38,287 bases of DNA from Pseudomonadota bacterium (GCA_022563655.1 JADFMW010000002.1:1-38287), one strand, 5' to 3'. Positions 18,484 to 25,361 are shown, counted from the stretch's first letter. The notes: generated by a model from the letters alone, not told the origin. Made by a program: numbers and translations.

Positions 18484-18519
18484 GAAAAAGGTGGAGGGAG
18501 GATGCGATCCCCCCTCCAC
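18484..18519 (-). terminator. Rho-independent terminator of the flagellin gene
   Basis: Gene-strand RNA GUGGAGGGGGGAU-CGC-AUCCUCCCUCCAC forms a 13-bp stem with one G-U pair, followed by CUUUUUCC. It begins 9 nt after the flagellin stop. Confidence 0.7.
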
Positions 18520-18528
18520 TCGGTACTA

Positions 18529-19725
18529 CTACTGCAACAGCCTGAGCAGGTTCTGCGGGATCTGGTTGGCCTGGGCCAACATCGCCACGCCAGCCTGCAA
18601 CAGCACTTGCTTGCTGGTGAAGTTGATGATCTCGGAAGCGATGTCGAGGTCCATCAGAGTGCTCCGGGCCGCCTCGGCGTTCTCGATCGACGAGGCCAGG
18701 TTGGCGGACGCGAACTCGAGCCGGTTCTGGCTCGCGCCGATGGTCGCCCGCGACTGGTTGAGGGTGTCGATGGCGCTCGCCAGCGCCGTGATCGACGCGT
18801 TGGCGTTCGAGCTGGTGGCGCCGCTGATGACCGAGGCGCTGACGCCAAGGGCGGACGAGGTGACCGAATCGATCGTGAACGACAGATCGTCTTCCGTGGA
18901 GATGGTGCCCGTCCCCACCTTGAACGTAACGGTCGTGCCGGCGGTGCCGGTGAGGGTGATCGTCGAGTCGGTGGTCGCGTACGTATCGGCCGCCGAGTTG
19001 AACGCGGTGTTCAACTGTAGCGTGATGGTGCCGTTCTCGGTGGACGAGTTGTTGGTCAGCACGACCACGGTGCTGGTGAGCAACGCGTTGGCGCCCGCGC
19101 CGCCATTGAGAGCAGTCGCATCGATCGTGCCGGTGTAGGCGGTGCCGCCAACGGTTATCTCGAAGATGTTGGTGCTGGCGGTGTAGTTGGCAGTCGTCGA
19201 GGCGGCGGCGGTGATCCCGGTGGACGAGATCGACTCGACGCCGTCGCTGACGGCAAAACCAGCACCCGCGCCGGTACCGGCGGCCGTCTCCGAACCGCTG
19301 ACCCCGCCTTGCGTGAGCTTGGTGCCGTTGAACTCGGTGTCGTTCGCGATCCGGTCGATTTCCGACCGCAGCGCCGTGAACTCGCTGTTCAGAATGGCCC
19401 GCTCGGTAGTGCCGAGCTGGTCGGATGCCGCTTGCGTGGCCAGCGACTTCATCCGCACCAGGATGTCCGCCACCGTGGCCATCGCGCCGTCGGCGACCTG
19501 CAACATCGAGGATGCCTGGCCGGTGTTGACGTTGGCCTGCTTGAGGGCCTCGACCTCGGCCCTGAGGCGCGATCCGACGGCCAGTGACGCGGCGTCGTCC
19601 TTGGCCGAAACCACGCGCGTACCTGCTGAGAGCTTCGACAGCGAGGACGTCACCTGCATGTCGGTCCGCGCGAGGTTGCGGTGGGCGACGTTCGCCGCGA
19701 AGTTGGAAATAATGTTAAGAGCCAT
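18529..19725 (-). CDS. fliC: Flagellin
   Basis: N-terminus MALNIISNFAANVAHRNLARTDMQVTSSLSKLSAGTRVVSAKDDAASLAVGSRLRAE and C-terminus NRLEFASANLASSIENAEAARSTLMDLDIASEIINFTSKQVLLQAGVAMLAQANQIPQNLLRLLQ are canonical D0/D1 segments. The central domain is Ser/Thr/Gly/Ala-rich. TAGGAGAA precedes the ATG. Confidence 0.95.
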   Translation of the reverse strand: MALNIISNFAANVAHRNLARTDMQVTSSLSKLSAGTRVVSAKDDAASLAVGSRLRAEVEALKQANVNTGQASSMLQVADGAMATVADILVRMKSLATQAASDQLGTTERAILNSEFTALRSEIDRIANDTEFNGTKLTQGGVSGSETAAGTGAGAGFAVSDGVESISSTGITAAASTTANYTASTNIFEITVGGTAYTGTIDATALNGGAGANALLTSTVVVLTNNSSTENGTITLQLNTAFNSAADTYATTDSTITLTGTAGTTVTFKVGTGTISTEDDLSFTIDSVTSSALGVSASVISGATSSNANASITALASAIDTLNQSRATIGASQNRLEFASANLASSIENAEAARSTLMDLDIASEIINFTSKQVLLQAGVAMLAQANQIPQNLLRLLQ

Positions 19726-19821
19726 GACTAAGTTCTCCTACTTGGATTTACGAGGTTGGCGTCATGCCAGTGCGCGCCGCCTCCGCTTCGGGGACGAAAC
19801 GCGCTTCTCGCCGTGCTTTGT

Positions 19822-19837
19822 TGCAAGCTGCGGGCCA
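19822..19837 (-). promoter_or_regulatory. Sigma54 (-24/-12) promoter of the flagellin gene
   Basis: The gene strand reads TTGGCCCGCAGCTTGCAA, i.e. TGGCCC-N5-TTGCA with exact GG-N10-GC spacing, about 97 nt upstream of ATG 19725. The core is nearly identical to the fliK promoter. Confidence 0.65.
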
Positions 19838-19866
19838 ACCGTGCCAAGGGCGTAGTTTCAACGGCT

Positions 19867-19980
19867 TAGCCGGGGTCCGCGGCGCCCGGCCGCGCCTGGA
19901 CCGGCAAAAATTTCCGCCGCTTGTCGAATGTTGCCCGGCAAAAGCTGCCGCCCTGCGCGGCCCCGACCGCGGCCCGCTCG
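19867..19980. repeat. Direct repeat copy A (114 bp) containing two GGCA-N5 dyads; upstream activating region of the flagellin promoter
   Basis: Matches 25362-25474 in the same orientation with 3 substitutions and 1 single-base indel (aligned by eye). Contains CGGCAAAAATTTCCG (19902-19916), CGGCAAAAGCTGCCG (19936-19950) and a GGTCC...GGACC hairpin-capable segment. Confidence 0.85.
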
Positions 19981-20353
19981 ACGGCCCGGAGTTGCCCGGC
20001 GAGGAAAACAAGCAACAAGACATCGACGCTCTGCTGGCCGGGCTTGAATGAGCGGCTGTGGAAAAGGCCTGGAACCCAAGCGACAGGAAACGCGCGGCCC
20101 CCCGGCCTTCGTCCTGCTCATCCTGTTGAGCCGCACTTAGCGAATAGTAGCGATGTCTCAACAGGCTAGCCGACAGAACTTCAAGCTCAATCGCTCCGCC
20201 GCGTTGGCAGAGTGGCGTCAACTCGCCGCGTTAGAGTCTTGACCGCCCCGACCTACCAGCTCACGCCCAGTTAATCTGACAAAGCCCCACGAACGCATCA
20301 AGCAGGAAAACCTCGCGGCGGCGGCGGCGACGACGGCTTGCTGGCCGGAGACC

Positions 20354-20398
20354 AAAAAGACTGCGAAGAAAAAGACTGCGAAGAAAAAGACCGCTAAG
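20354..20398. repeat. 15-bp tandem repeat x3 (aaaaagactgcgaag, aaaaagactgcgaag, aaaaagaccgctaag)
   Basis: Read directly. In one plus frame it encodes KKTAKKKTAKKKTAKPL-stop, but that frame (open from 20243) has no ATG, GTG or TTG. Confidence 0.8.
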
Positions 20399-20418
20399 CC
20401 GCTCTAAACCCCTCTCCC

Positions 20419-20434
20419 TTAAAGAGTTATTAAG
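20419..20434 (+). promoter_or_regulatory. CtrA-type box TTAA-N7-TTAAG upstream of the flhB-C-like/fliO/fliP block
   Basis: ttaa-agagtta-ttaag has exact TTAA-N7-TTAA spacing. It lies 80-125 nt upstream of the candidate start codons at 20514 and 20544. Confidence 0.45.
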
Positions 20435-20543
20435 CATACGGCTGCGATACTCCGCGCACAGTCGAAGGCCGAAACCTCTATCGGCCCGGGCCCTGCAAAG
20501 AGTTATCCAGGCCATGAGCGCATCGCTCGCGCCACGACCCAAA

Positions 20544-20857
20544 ATGACGCTCGCCGTCGCGCTCGCCGAGGGTGCTTCAAACCATGACGAGAGTCCCCGT
20601 GTCACGGCGACGGCCGGGGCGCCGTGGCCGAGCAGATCATCGCCATCGCTCTCGACCATGGCGTCAAGCTGCGCGAGGACGCCGACCTGGCCGGGGTCCT
20701 GGCGGCGCTCGACATCGACAGCCCCATACCCCTCGGCGCCCTGAGCACGGTCACCGGAATCCTGAGCTATGTTCACCGCGCCAGAGGCGCGCCCGATAAT
20801 TGCGCCAGAGGCGCGCCCGATGATTCCGCCATGGACAATTCGGAGGACGCTCCATGA
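20544..20857 (+). pseudogene. FlhB C-terminal-domain-like small protein (YlqH/FhlB family) with an apparent -1 frameshift near 20607-20612
   Basis: Frame 0 gives MTLAVALAEGASNHDESPRVTA. Frame 2 continues (D)GRGAVAEQIIAIALDHGVKLREDADLAGVLAALDIDSPIPLGALSTVTGILSYVHRA. Joined, these follow the family pattern AVAL.Y......P.V.AKG.G..AE.I...A.EH.IP..ED..L...L..LD....IP..LY..VAEI..FV across the break. Confidence 0.6.
20778..20825. repeat. 24-bp tandem duplication at the 3' end of the FlhB-C-like gene
   Basis: gcgccagaggcgcgcccgataatt followed by gcgccagaggcgcgcccgatgatt, encoding ARGAPDNC/ARGAPDDS. Confidence 0.85.
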
Positions 20858-21186
20858 TGACTGAAGATCTCAAACCGGTGGAGCTCAAGGCCCGGCTCGC
20901 CGAGGCGAGCGCCACCATCGATGTGGCGCGCCGCGCCCTGAACGACGGCAAGGTCGTCAGTCTCGACGGCCTCGAGGCCCATGTGGATATCACCTGCAAG
21001 GGGATCATCGCCCTGCCGAAGGCCGAGAGCGAGGTATTGCAGCCGCCGATGCTGGCGCTGATCGACGGCCTCGAGCAGCTTTCCGGCGCGCTCGGTCAGG
21101 ATCATCGTGAAACCCAGGACGCCCTCAACACCCTGAACGACCGCCAACGCGCCCAGTCGGCTTATGCAAAGAACAGCAGGGGCTGA
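20854..21186 (+). CDS. Hypothetical 110-aa soluble helical protein in the fliO/fliP operon
   Basis: Its ATG overlaps the upstream stop (ATGA) and fliO follows 30 nt later. I recognise no family. Confidence 0.55.
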   Translation: MMTEDLKPVELKARLAEASATIDVARRALNDGKVVSLDGLEAHVDITCKGIIALPKAESEVLQPPMLALIDGLEQLSGALGQDHRETQDALNTLNDRQRAQSAYAKNSRG

Positions 21187-21215
21187 CCGCCGTGCGTCAT
21201 AGCGGTTCCTGAACC

Positions 21216-21524
21216 ATGGACCTGGACAGTTACTTCCGATTCCTGGCGGCGCTGGTCCTGGTGATCGCGCTGATCGGCGCGGTCGCCTGGGTGGTGCGCA
21301 GATTTGGCCTCGCCGGGCGGTTGCCGTCGATCGGCGGGCGGACCGCGCGCCGTCTCGGCGTGGTCGAATACATGACGCTCGACCCCAAGACCCGCCTGGT
21401 GCTCATACGGCGCGACGACACCCAGCATCTGCTGCTGCTGGGCGCCGCCGGCCCGGTCGTCGTCGAACGGGGCATCGAGGCGCTGCCCGAACCCGAAACA
21501 ATCAAGGCGGAGGCCGCCGAATGA
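21216..21524 (+). CDS. fliO: Flagellar biosynthesis protein FliO
   Basis: 102 aa with a single TM helix (FRFLAALVLVIALIGAVAWVVRRF) followed by LGVVEYMTLDPKTRLVLIRRDDTQHLLLLG, the FliO pattern. Its stop overlaps the fliP start. Confidence 0.8.
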   Translation: MDLDSYFRFLAALVLVIALIGAVAWVVRRFGLAGRLPSIGGRTARRLGVVEYMTLDPKTRLVLIRRDDTQHLLLLGAAGPVVVERGIEALPEPETIKAEAAE

Positions 21525-22273
21525 TCCGCAGATTCTCCACCCTGTTCTGTCTTTCGGCCGTTTGTCTGATTGTCCTGGCGACGATGGCGACGCCGGCAGT
21601 GGCGCAATCCTTCTCGTTCGACATGGGCGACGCCGGCGGCAGTTTCACCGGGCGCATCATCCAGCTTCTCGTCCTCATGACGGTCTTGACCCTGGCGCCG
21701 TCGATCCTGGTGGTGGTGACCTCATTCACCCGGATCGTGGTGGTGCTGTCGATCATCCGCAGCGCCCTCGGCCTGCAGCAGACCCCGCCCAACGCGGTGC
21801 TCATAAGCCTGGCGCTGTTTCTCACCGCCTTCATCATGGCGCCGACCTTCGAGACCGCCTATGTCAACGGCATCGAGCCGCTGATCAACGAAGAGATTTC
21901 CGAGGAAGAGGCCTTCGAGCGCACCGTGGCGCCGGTCCACGGCTTCATGATGCAGCATGTGCGCGAGAAGGACCTGGCGTTGTTTCTCAACATCGCCGAC
22001 GAGCCGCCGCCGGAAAGCGCCGCCGATGTGCCGCTCAGGATCCTGGTGCCGTCCTTCATCATAAGCGAACTCAAGCGCGCCTTCGAGATCGGCTTCCTGG
22101 TGTTCATACCCTTTGTCATCATCGACATGGTTGTCGCCTCGGTGCTCATGCCCATGGGCATGATGATGCTGCCCCCGGTGATGATCTCCCTGCCGTTCAA
22201 GCTGATTTTCTTTGTCCTAGTCGACGGCTGGTATCTGATCACCGGCAGCCTCGTGCAAAGTTTCAGCGTCTGA
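21521..22273 (+). CDS. fliP: Flagellar export apparatus protein FliP
   Basis: LTLAPSILVVVTSFTRIVVVLSIIRSALGLQQTPPNAVLISLALFLTAFIMAP, SELKRAFEIGFLVFIPFVIIDMVVASVLMPMGMMMLPP and PFKLIFFVLVDGW are canonical FliP/SctR motifs. Confidence 0.95.
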   Translation: MIRRFSTLFCLSAVCLIVLATMATPAVAQSFSFDMGDAGGSFTGRIIQLLVLMTVLTLAPSILVVVTSFTRIVVVLSIIRSALGLQQTPPNAVLISLALFLTAFIMAPTFETAYVNGIEPLINEEISEEEAFERTVAPVHGFMMQHVREKDLALFLNIADEPPPESAADVPLRILVPSFIISELKRAFEIGFLVFIPFVIIDMVVASVLMPMGMMMLPPVMISLPFKLIFFVLVDGWYLITGSLVQSFSV

Positions 22274-22276
22274 TCC

Positions 22277-24793
22277 ATGAACAGGGCGGAGAAACGTCGC
22301 CAAGAGAAGCTGGCGCGGAAGGCCGCGAAGAAACCCCGCGTCGTTTCGCTACGTCCCGGAGAACAGGCCGCTGGCGGCGTCCCCGAGGACTATCTGGAGG
22401 AACTCGCGAGCAAGGGGATTCAGCTCCATCTGGCGGGTCGGGTGCAGGACGCGGAGAACATCTATCGCCAGATTCTCGAAATCGATCCCGATCACGCCGA
22501 TGCCAATCACCTGCTGGGCGGCTTGGCCTGTCAGGCCGGCAACCCTGCGCAGGCCATCGGGTTGATCTCCAAGGCGATCGTCAGGGCGCCCGATCGGCCG
22601 CTGTATCACTTCAACCTGGGAACCGTGTACCAGAGCCTGGAACGATTGGCGGAAGCCGTCGACAGTTGCCGAAACGCCCTCGCCCTCAAACCCGATTACG
22701 CCGAGGCGCATTTTGGCCTGGGAATGTCGCTCCACGGGCTGGGGCGTTTGGAAGACGCCACCGCCAGTTACCGCCAGGCCCTCGCCGTCAAGCCCGACAA
22801 CGCCGTGACCCACAACAATCTCGGCGCCGCCCTTCAGGGTCTGGGGCGGATGGATGACGCCGTTGCCTGCTTTCGCCGAGCCATCGCCCTCGATCCCGGC
22901 TACGCCGAGGCGCACGGCAATTTGGGAAATGCCCATCTGGAAATGGGGCGGATGGAAGACGCCGTGGCCAGCAACCGGCAAGCGCTCGTCCTCGATCCCG
23001 ATCTGGTCGAGACCCATAGCAATCTGGGAAACGCGTTTCAGAAACTGGGCCGCTCCGAGGACGCCGTCGCCAGCTATCGCCGGGCCATCGCCCTCCAGCC
23101 GGACAACGCCAAGGCGCACAGCAACCTGGGAAACGTCCTGCAAGGCATGGGGCGTTTAGAAGACGCCGCCGCCAGTTACCGCCAAGCCCTCGCCGTCAAG
23201 CCCGATAACGCCGTGATCCACAACAATCTCGGCGTCGCCCTTCAGGGTCTGGGGCGGATGGATGACGCCGTTGCCTGCTTTCGCCGAACCATCGCCCTCC
23301 AGCCGGATTTCGCGGTCGCCTGGAATAACCTCAAGTCCGCGACCAAGGCCGTCCAGTATGCGGACGGGCGGCTGGTCCAAAACCGGGACCGGCATCTGGC
23401 CGGGCTTGGCGACGCCGCCCGCGCGACCGGCGAATTCGCCATGCTCGAATATTCTCTGGCGGCGTTCAGACCCCATCGGGCCGACGGCGGCTTCCATAAG
23501 GCGACGGCGGGCCTGCCGCCCCGCGATGACGAAGACGTCGTCATCGATCGTGTTTCTGACGCCGACCGGCCGTCGGGCGGGCCGCCGGAACTTTCCGAAA
23601 ATCTCATCGCCCTGCTGCATTTCGGACGCAGCGGGACCGGGCTGCTCCATAGCCTGATCGACGGCCACCCGGAAATTTCGACGCTTCCCGGCATCTATCT
23701 TCGCGGTTACTTCAACGCCGGCGTCTGGCAGACGCTCAGCGCCGGCGGCTGGCGGGAATTGCCCGACCGGTTCGCCGATATGTTCGAGGTTCTGTTCGAC
23801 GCCTCCTCCGCCAAGATCACCCCCGGTATTCTGGGGGAGAAAATCGCCAATTTGGGCGTCAAGGAAGGCATGACCGCAGTCGGGGAACATCGTGACGAAT
23901 CACTGTCCCTGGATCGGGAAACATTCCGCGCCGAAACCCTTGGACTGATGCGCCGGCTCGACAGGGTCGATCCCATGTCATTCCTGCAAATCGTTCACGC
24001 GGCCTATGAAAAGATCCTGGGTGCGACCACTCACAAGCAGACGATGTTCTACCACATCCACGATCCGGAAAATTTCACCAAACTCAATTTTCTGCGCTAC
24101 GCCCCCGACGCCCGGCTGTTGATGATGGTTCGCGAGCCCATCCAGTGCTGCGAATCATGGCTGCGGGTGCCGTTCGCCGACAACGACTATGGCCAGGTCG
24201 CCGATAAAATCATCAACATGCTGTTCGCCATCGACCAGGTTCCGTTCCGCGTCCGGGATTCGGTGGGGGTGCGTCTGGAGGATTTGAAAAACCGGCCCGA
24301 GGACACCATGGGCGCCCTGTGCGCCTGGATGGAGGTTGGCGAATCCCCGAGCCTCTATGAGATGACCGCCCAGGGAAAGAAATGGTGGGGCGATCCGTCG
24401 AGCCTCGATTACGGGAAAGACACGGCCCTCTCGCCGTTCGGCAAATCTTCCGTGAAACGCGCCGTCGGTTCGATATTCAGCGCAACGGACCAGTTGGTGT
24501 TGGGCACGTTGTTCTATCCCTTCAGCGTGCGGTTCGGTTACCGCGAGCCCGATCAAGCCGGGTTTGAACGGGACTTGCGGAAGATCAGACCGTTGTTGGA
24601 CGGTATGCTGGATTTCGAGAAGGCGATGGCGGAACGGTCGAACAGGGATCACGACGCCTTCAAGGCCGGCGGCGCCTACCGCCTGCTTCGCGCGGGCCTA
24701 TTGGAGCGCTGGGAGGTTCTCGATGAATTGGGCGATTACCCCCATATGCTGACCCCGCTGGTCCCGCCCGACACCGGAAAGACCGACACATGA
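22277..24793 (+). CDS. TPR-repeat / sulfotransferase fusion protein (838 aa)
   Basis: About nine 34-aa TPR units span aa 40-350. The C-terminal half carries the sulfotransferase 5'-PSB loop FGRSGTGLL (nt 23621-23647), the 3'-PB motif VREPIQCCES (R-x-P-x5-S, nt 24128-24157) and VRLEDLKNRPEDTMGALCAWMEV. It starts 4 nt after the fliP stop. Confidence 0.85.
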   Translation: MNRAEKRRQEKLARKAAKKPRVVSLRPGEQAAGGVPEDYLEELASKGIQLHLAGRVQDAENIYRQILEIDPDHADANHLLGGLACQAGNPAQAIGLISKAIVRAPDRPLYHFNLGTVYQSLERLAEAVDSCRNALALKPDYAEAHFGLGMSLHGLGRLEDATASYRQALAVKPDNAVTHNNLGAALQGLGRMDDAVACFRRAIALDPGYAEAHGNLGNAHLEMGRMEDAVASNRQALVLDPDLVETHSNLGNAFQKLGRSEDAVASYRRAIALQPDNAKAHSNLGNVLQGMGRLEDAAASYRQALAVKPDNAVIHNNLGVALQGLGRMDDAVACFRRTIALQPDFAVAWNNLKSATKAVQYADGRLVQNRDRHLAGLGDAARATGEFAMLEYSLAAFRPHRADGGFHKATAGLPPRDDEDVVIDRVSDADRPSGGPPELSENLIALLHFGRSGTGLLHSLIDGHPEISTLPGIYLRGYFNAGVWQTLSAGGWRELPDRFADMFEVLFDASSAKITPGILGEKIANLGVKEGMTAVGEHRDESLSLDRETFRAETLGLMRRLDRVDPMSFLQIVHAAYEKILGATTHKQTMFYHIHDPENFTKLNFLRYAPDARLLMMVREPIQCCESWLRVPFADNDYGQVADKIINMLFAIDQVPFRVRDSVGVRLEDLKNRPEDTMGALCAWMEVGESPSLYEMTAQGKKWWGDPSSLDYGKDTALSPFGKSSVKRAVGSIFSATDQLVLGTLFYPFSVRFGYREPDQAGFERDLRKIRPLLDGMLDFEKAMAERSNRDHDAFKAGGAYRLLRAGLLERWEVLDELGDYPHMLTPLVPPDTGKTDT
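22741..23304. repeat. Near-identical 156-bp intragenic duplication (22741-22896 and 23149-23304, period 408 bp = 4 TPR units)
   Basis: Direct comparison of the two segments shows only a handful of substitutions. The proteins read GLGRLEDATASYRQALAVKPDNAVTHNNLGAALQGLGRMDDAVACFRRAIALDP and GMGRLEDAAASYRQALAVKPDNAVIHNNLGVALQGLGRMDDAVACFRRTIALQP. Confidence 0.9.
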
Positions 24794-25005
24794 ACAAGGA
24801 ATTGCTCTGCACCCTCGGACCGGCCTCGATGAACGATCGGGTGATCGGTCGCCTGACGGAGCTCGGCGTGGCCCTGTTCCGCATCAATCTGTCCCATACG
24901 GCGCTTAAGCCGGGCGAGCCGCTTCCCGACTGGTTCATGCGCGACGTCGTCCAGGATGTGCTGCGCGGCAGGATCGAGGCCGGCGGCGATGTCTTCGTCC
25001 CCTGA
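24790..25005 (+). pseudogene. Pyruvate-kinase-like N-terminal fragment (71-aa ORF)
   Basis: KELLCTLGPASMNDRVIGRLTELGVALFRINLSHT resembles the pyruvate kinase N-terminus (K.vcTiGPas...e.l..l...Gm.v.R.NfSHg). Similarity then ends, and the ORF is about one-seventh the length of a pyruvate kinase. Its ATG overlaps the sulfotransferase stop. Confidence 0.4.
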
Positions 25006-25219
25006 CGGCTGCCCGGTCTTCTGGTTTACCGGACTGTCGGGGGCGGGCAAGACCACGGCCGCCGAATCCGTATCGGTCATACTGGCGCAAAGGGGGTTGA
25101 CCGTCGTCCTCTTCGACGGCGACGAGGTGCGCCGGCGCCCGAACGGTTCATCAACGAACCCCTGTGGCCCGAGTTCCAGGAGCTCAATCAGGTCTTGGTG
25201 GACTATCCGTCACAGTTGA
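24989..25219 (+). pseudogene. Adenylylsulfate (APS) kinase CysC-like N-terminal fragment
   Basis: MSSSPDGCPVFWFTGLSGAGKTTAAESVSVILAQRGLTVVLFDGDEVRR matches the APS kinase start (v.WlTGLSGsGKsT.a..l...L...g....lLDGDnvR), with the P-loop at nt 25031-25057. Similarity stops near 25137 and no frame continues the family pattern. Confidence 0.55.
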
Positions 25220-25361
25220 CGGAACGTATCATTCGCGAGGAAGTCTTCTCACAAACGTCTGAAGCCCAGGAGGTGGACGAGCCCAACGACTTCCGGGTTG
25301 ATGCTGGAATTCACATCACCATCGATGCCGCGCACATTCACTTTTGGCCTTGTGGCTTGGG

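Noticed and set aside
15332-19138. Plus-strand ORFs of 426 aa (15332-16612) and 527 aa (17555-19138), plus several smaller ones, antisense to fliD and the flagellin gene
   Set aside because: Shadow frames opposite well-supported genes; Asp/Gly/Arg/Val-rich with no motifs.
19748-20221. 157-aa minus-strand ORF upstream of the flagellin gene, plus the plus-strand ORFs 19764-20051 and 25298-25537 that share a peptide
   Set aside because: They run across the flagellin promoter and the non-coding repeat. The shared peptide simply reflects the duplicated DNA (copies A and B). There are no SD sequences and the composition is Arg/Pro/Gly-rich.
20482-20497. Sigma54-like element cGGCCC-GGGCC-CTGCA on the plus strand ahead of the FlhB-C-like gene
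   Set aside because: GG-N10-GC spacing is correct, but the -24 T and the -12 TT are missing. No dyad lies at enhancer distance except the distant copy A. A TTAA-N7-TTAA box 50 bp upstream offers a better explanation. Kept as an alternative only.
20261-20776. 171-aa minus-strand ORF antisense to the FlhB-C-like gene
   Set aside because: It covers the CtrA box, the 15-bp tandem repeat and the opposite-strand gene. No motif is recognisable, so it is a shadow frame.
25140-25360. Plus-strand reading frame ERFINEPLWPEFQELNQVLVDYPSQLTERIIREEVFSQTSEAQEVDEPNDFRVDAGIHITIDAAHIHFWP as a real gene or transposase fragment
   Set aside because: There is no start codon with an SD, I cannot assign it to any family, and it runs into repeat copy B. 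It is treated as an unassigned fragment within the debris region.
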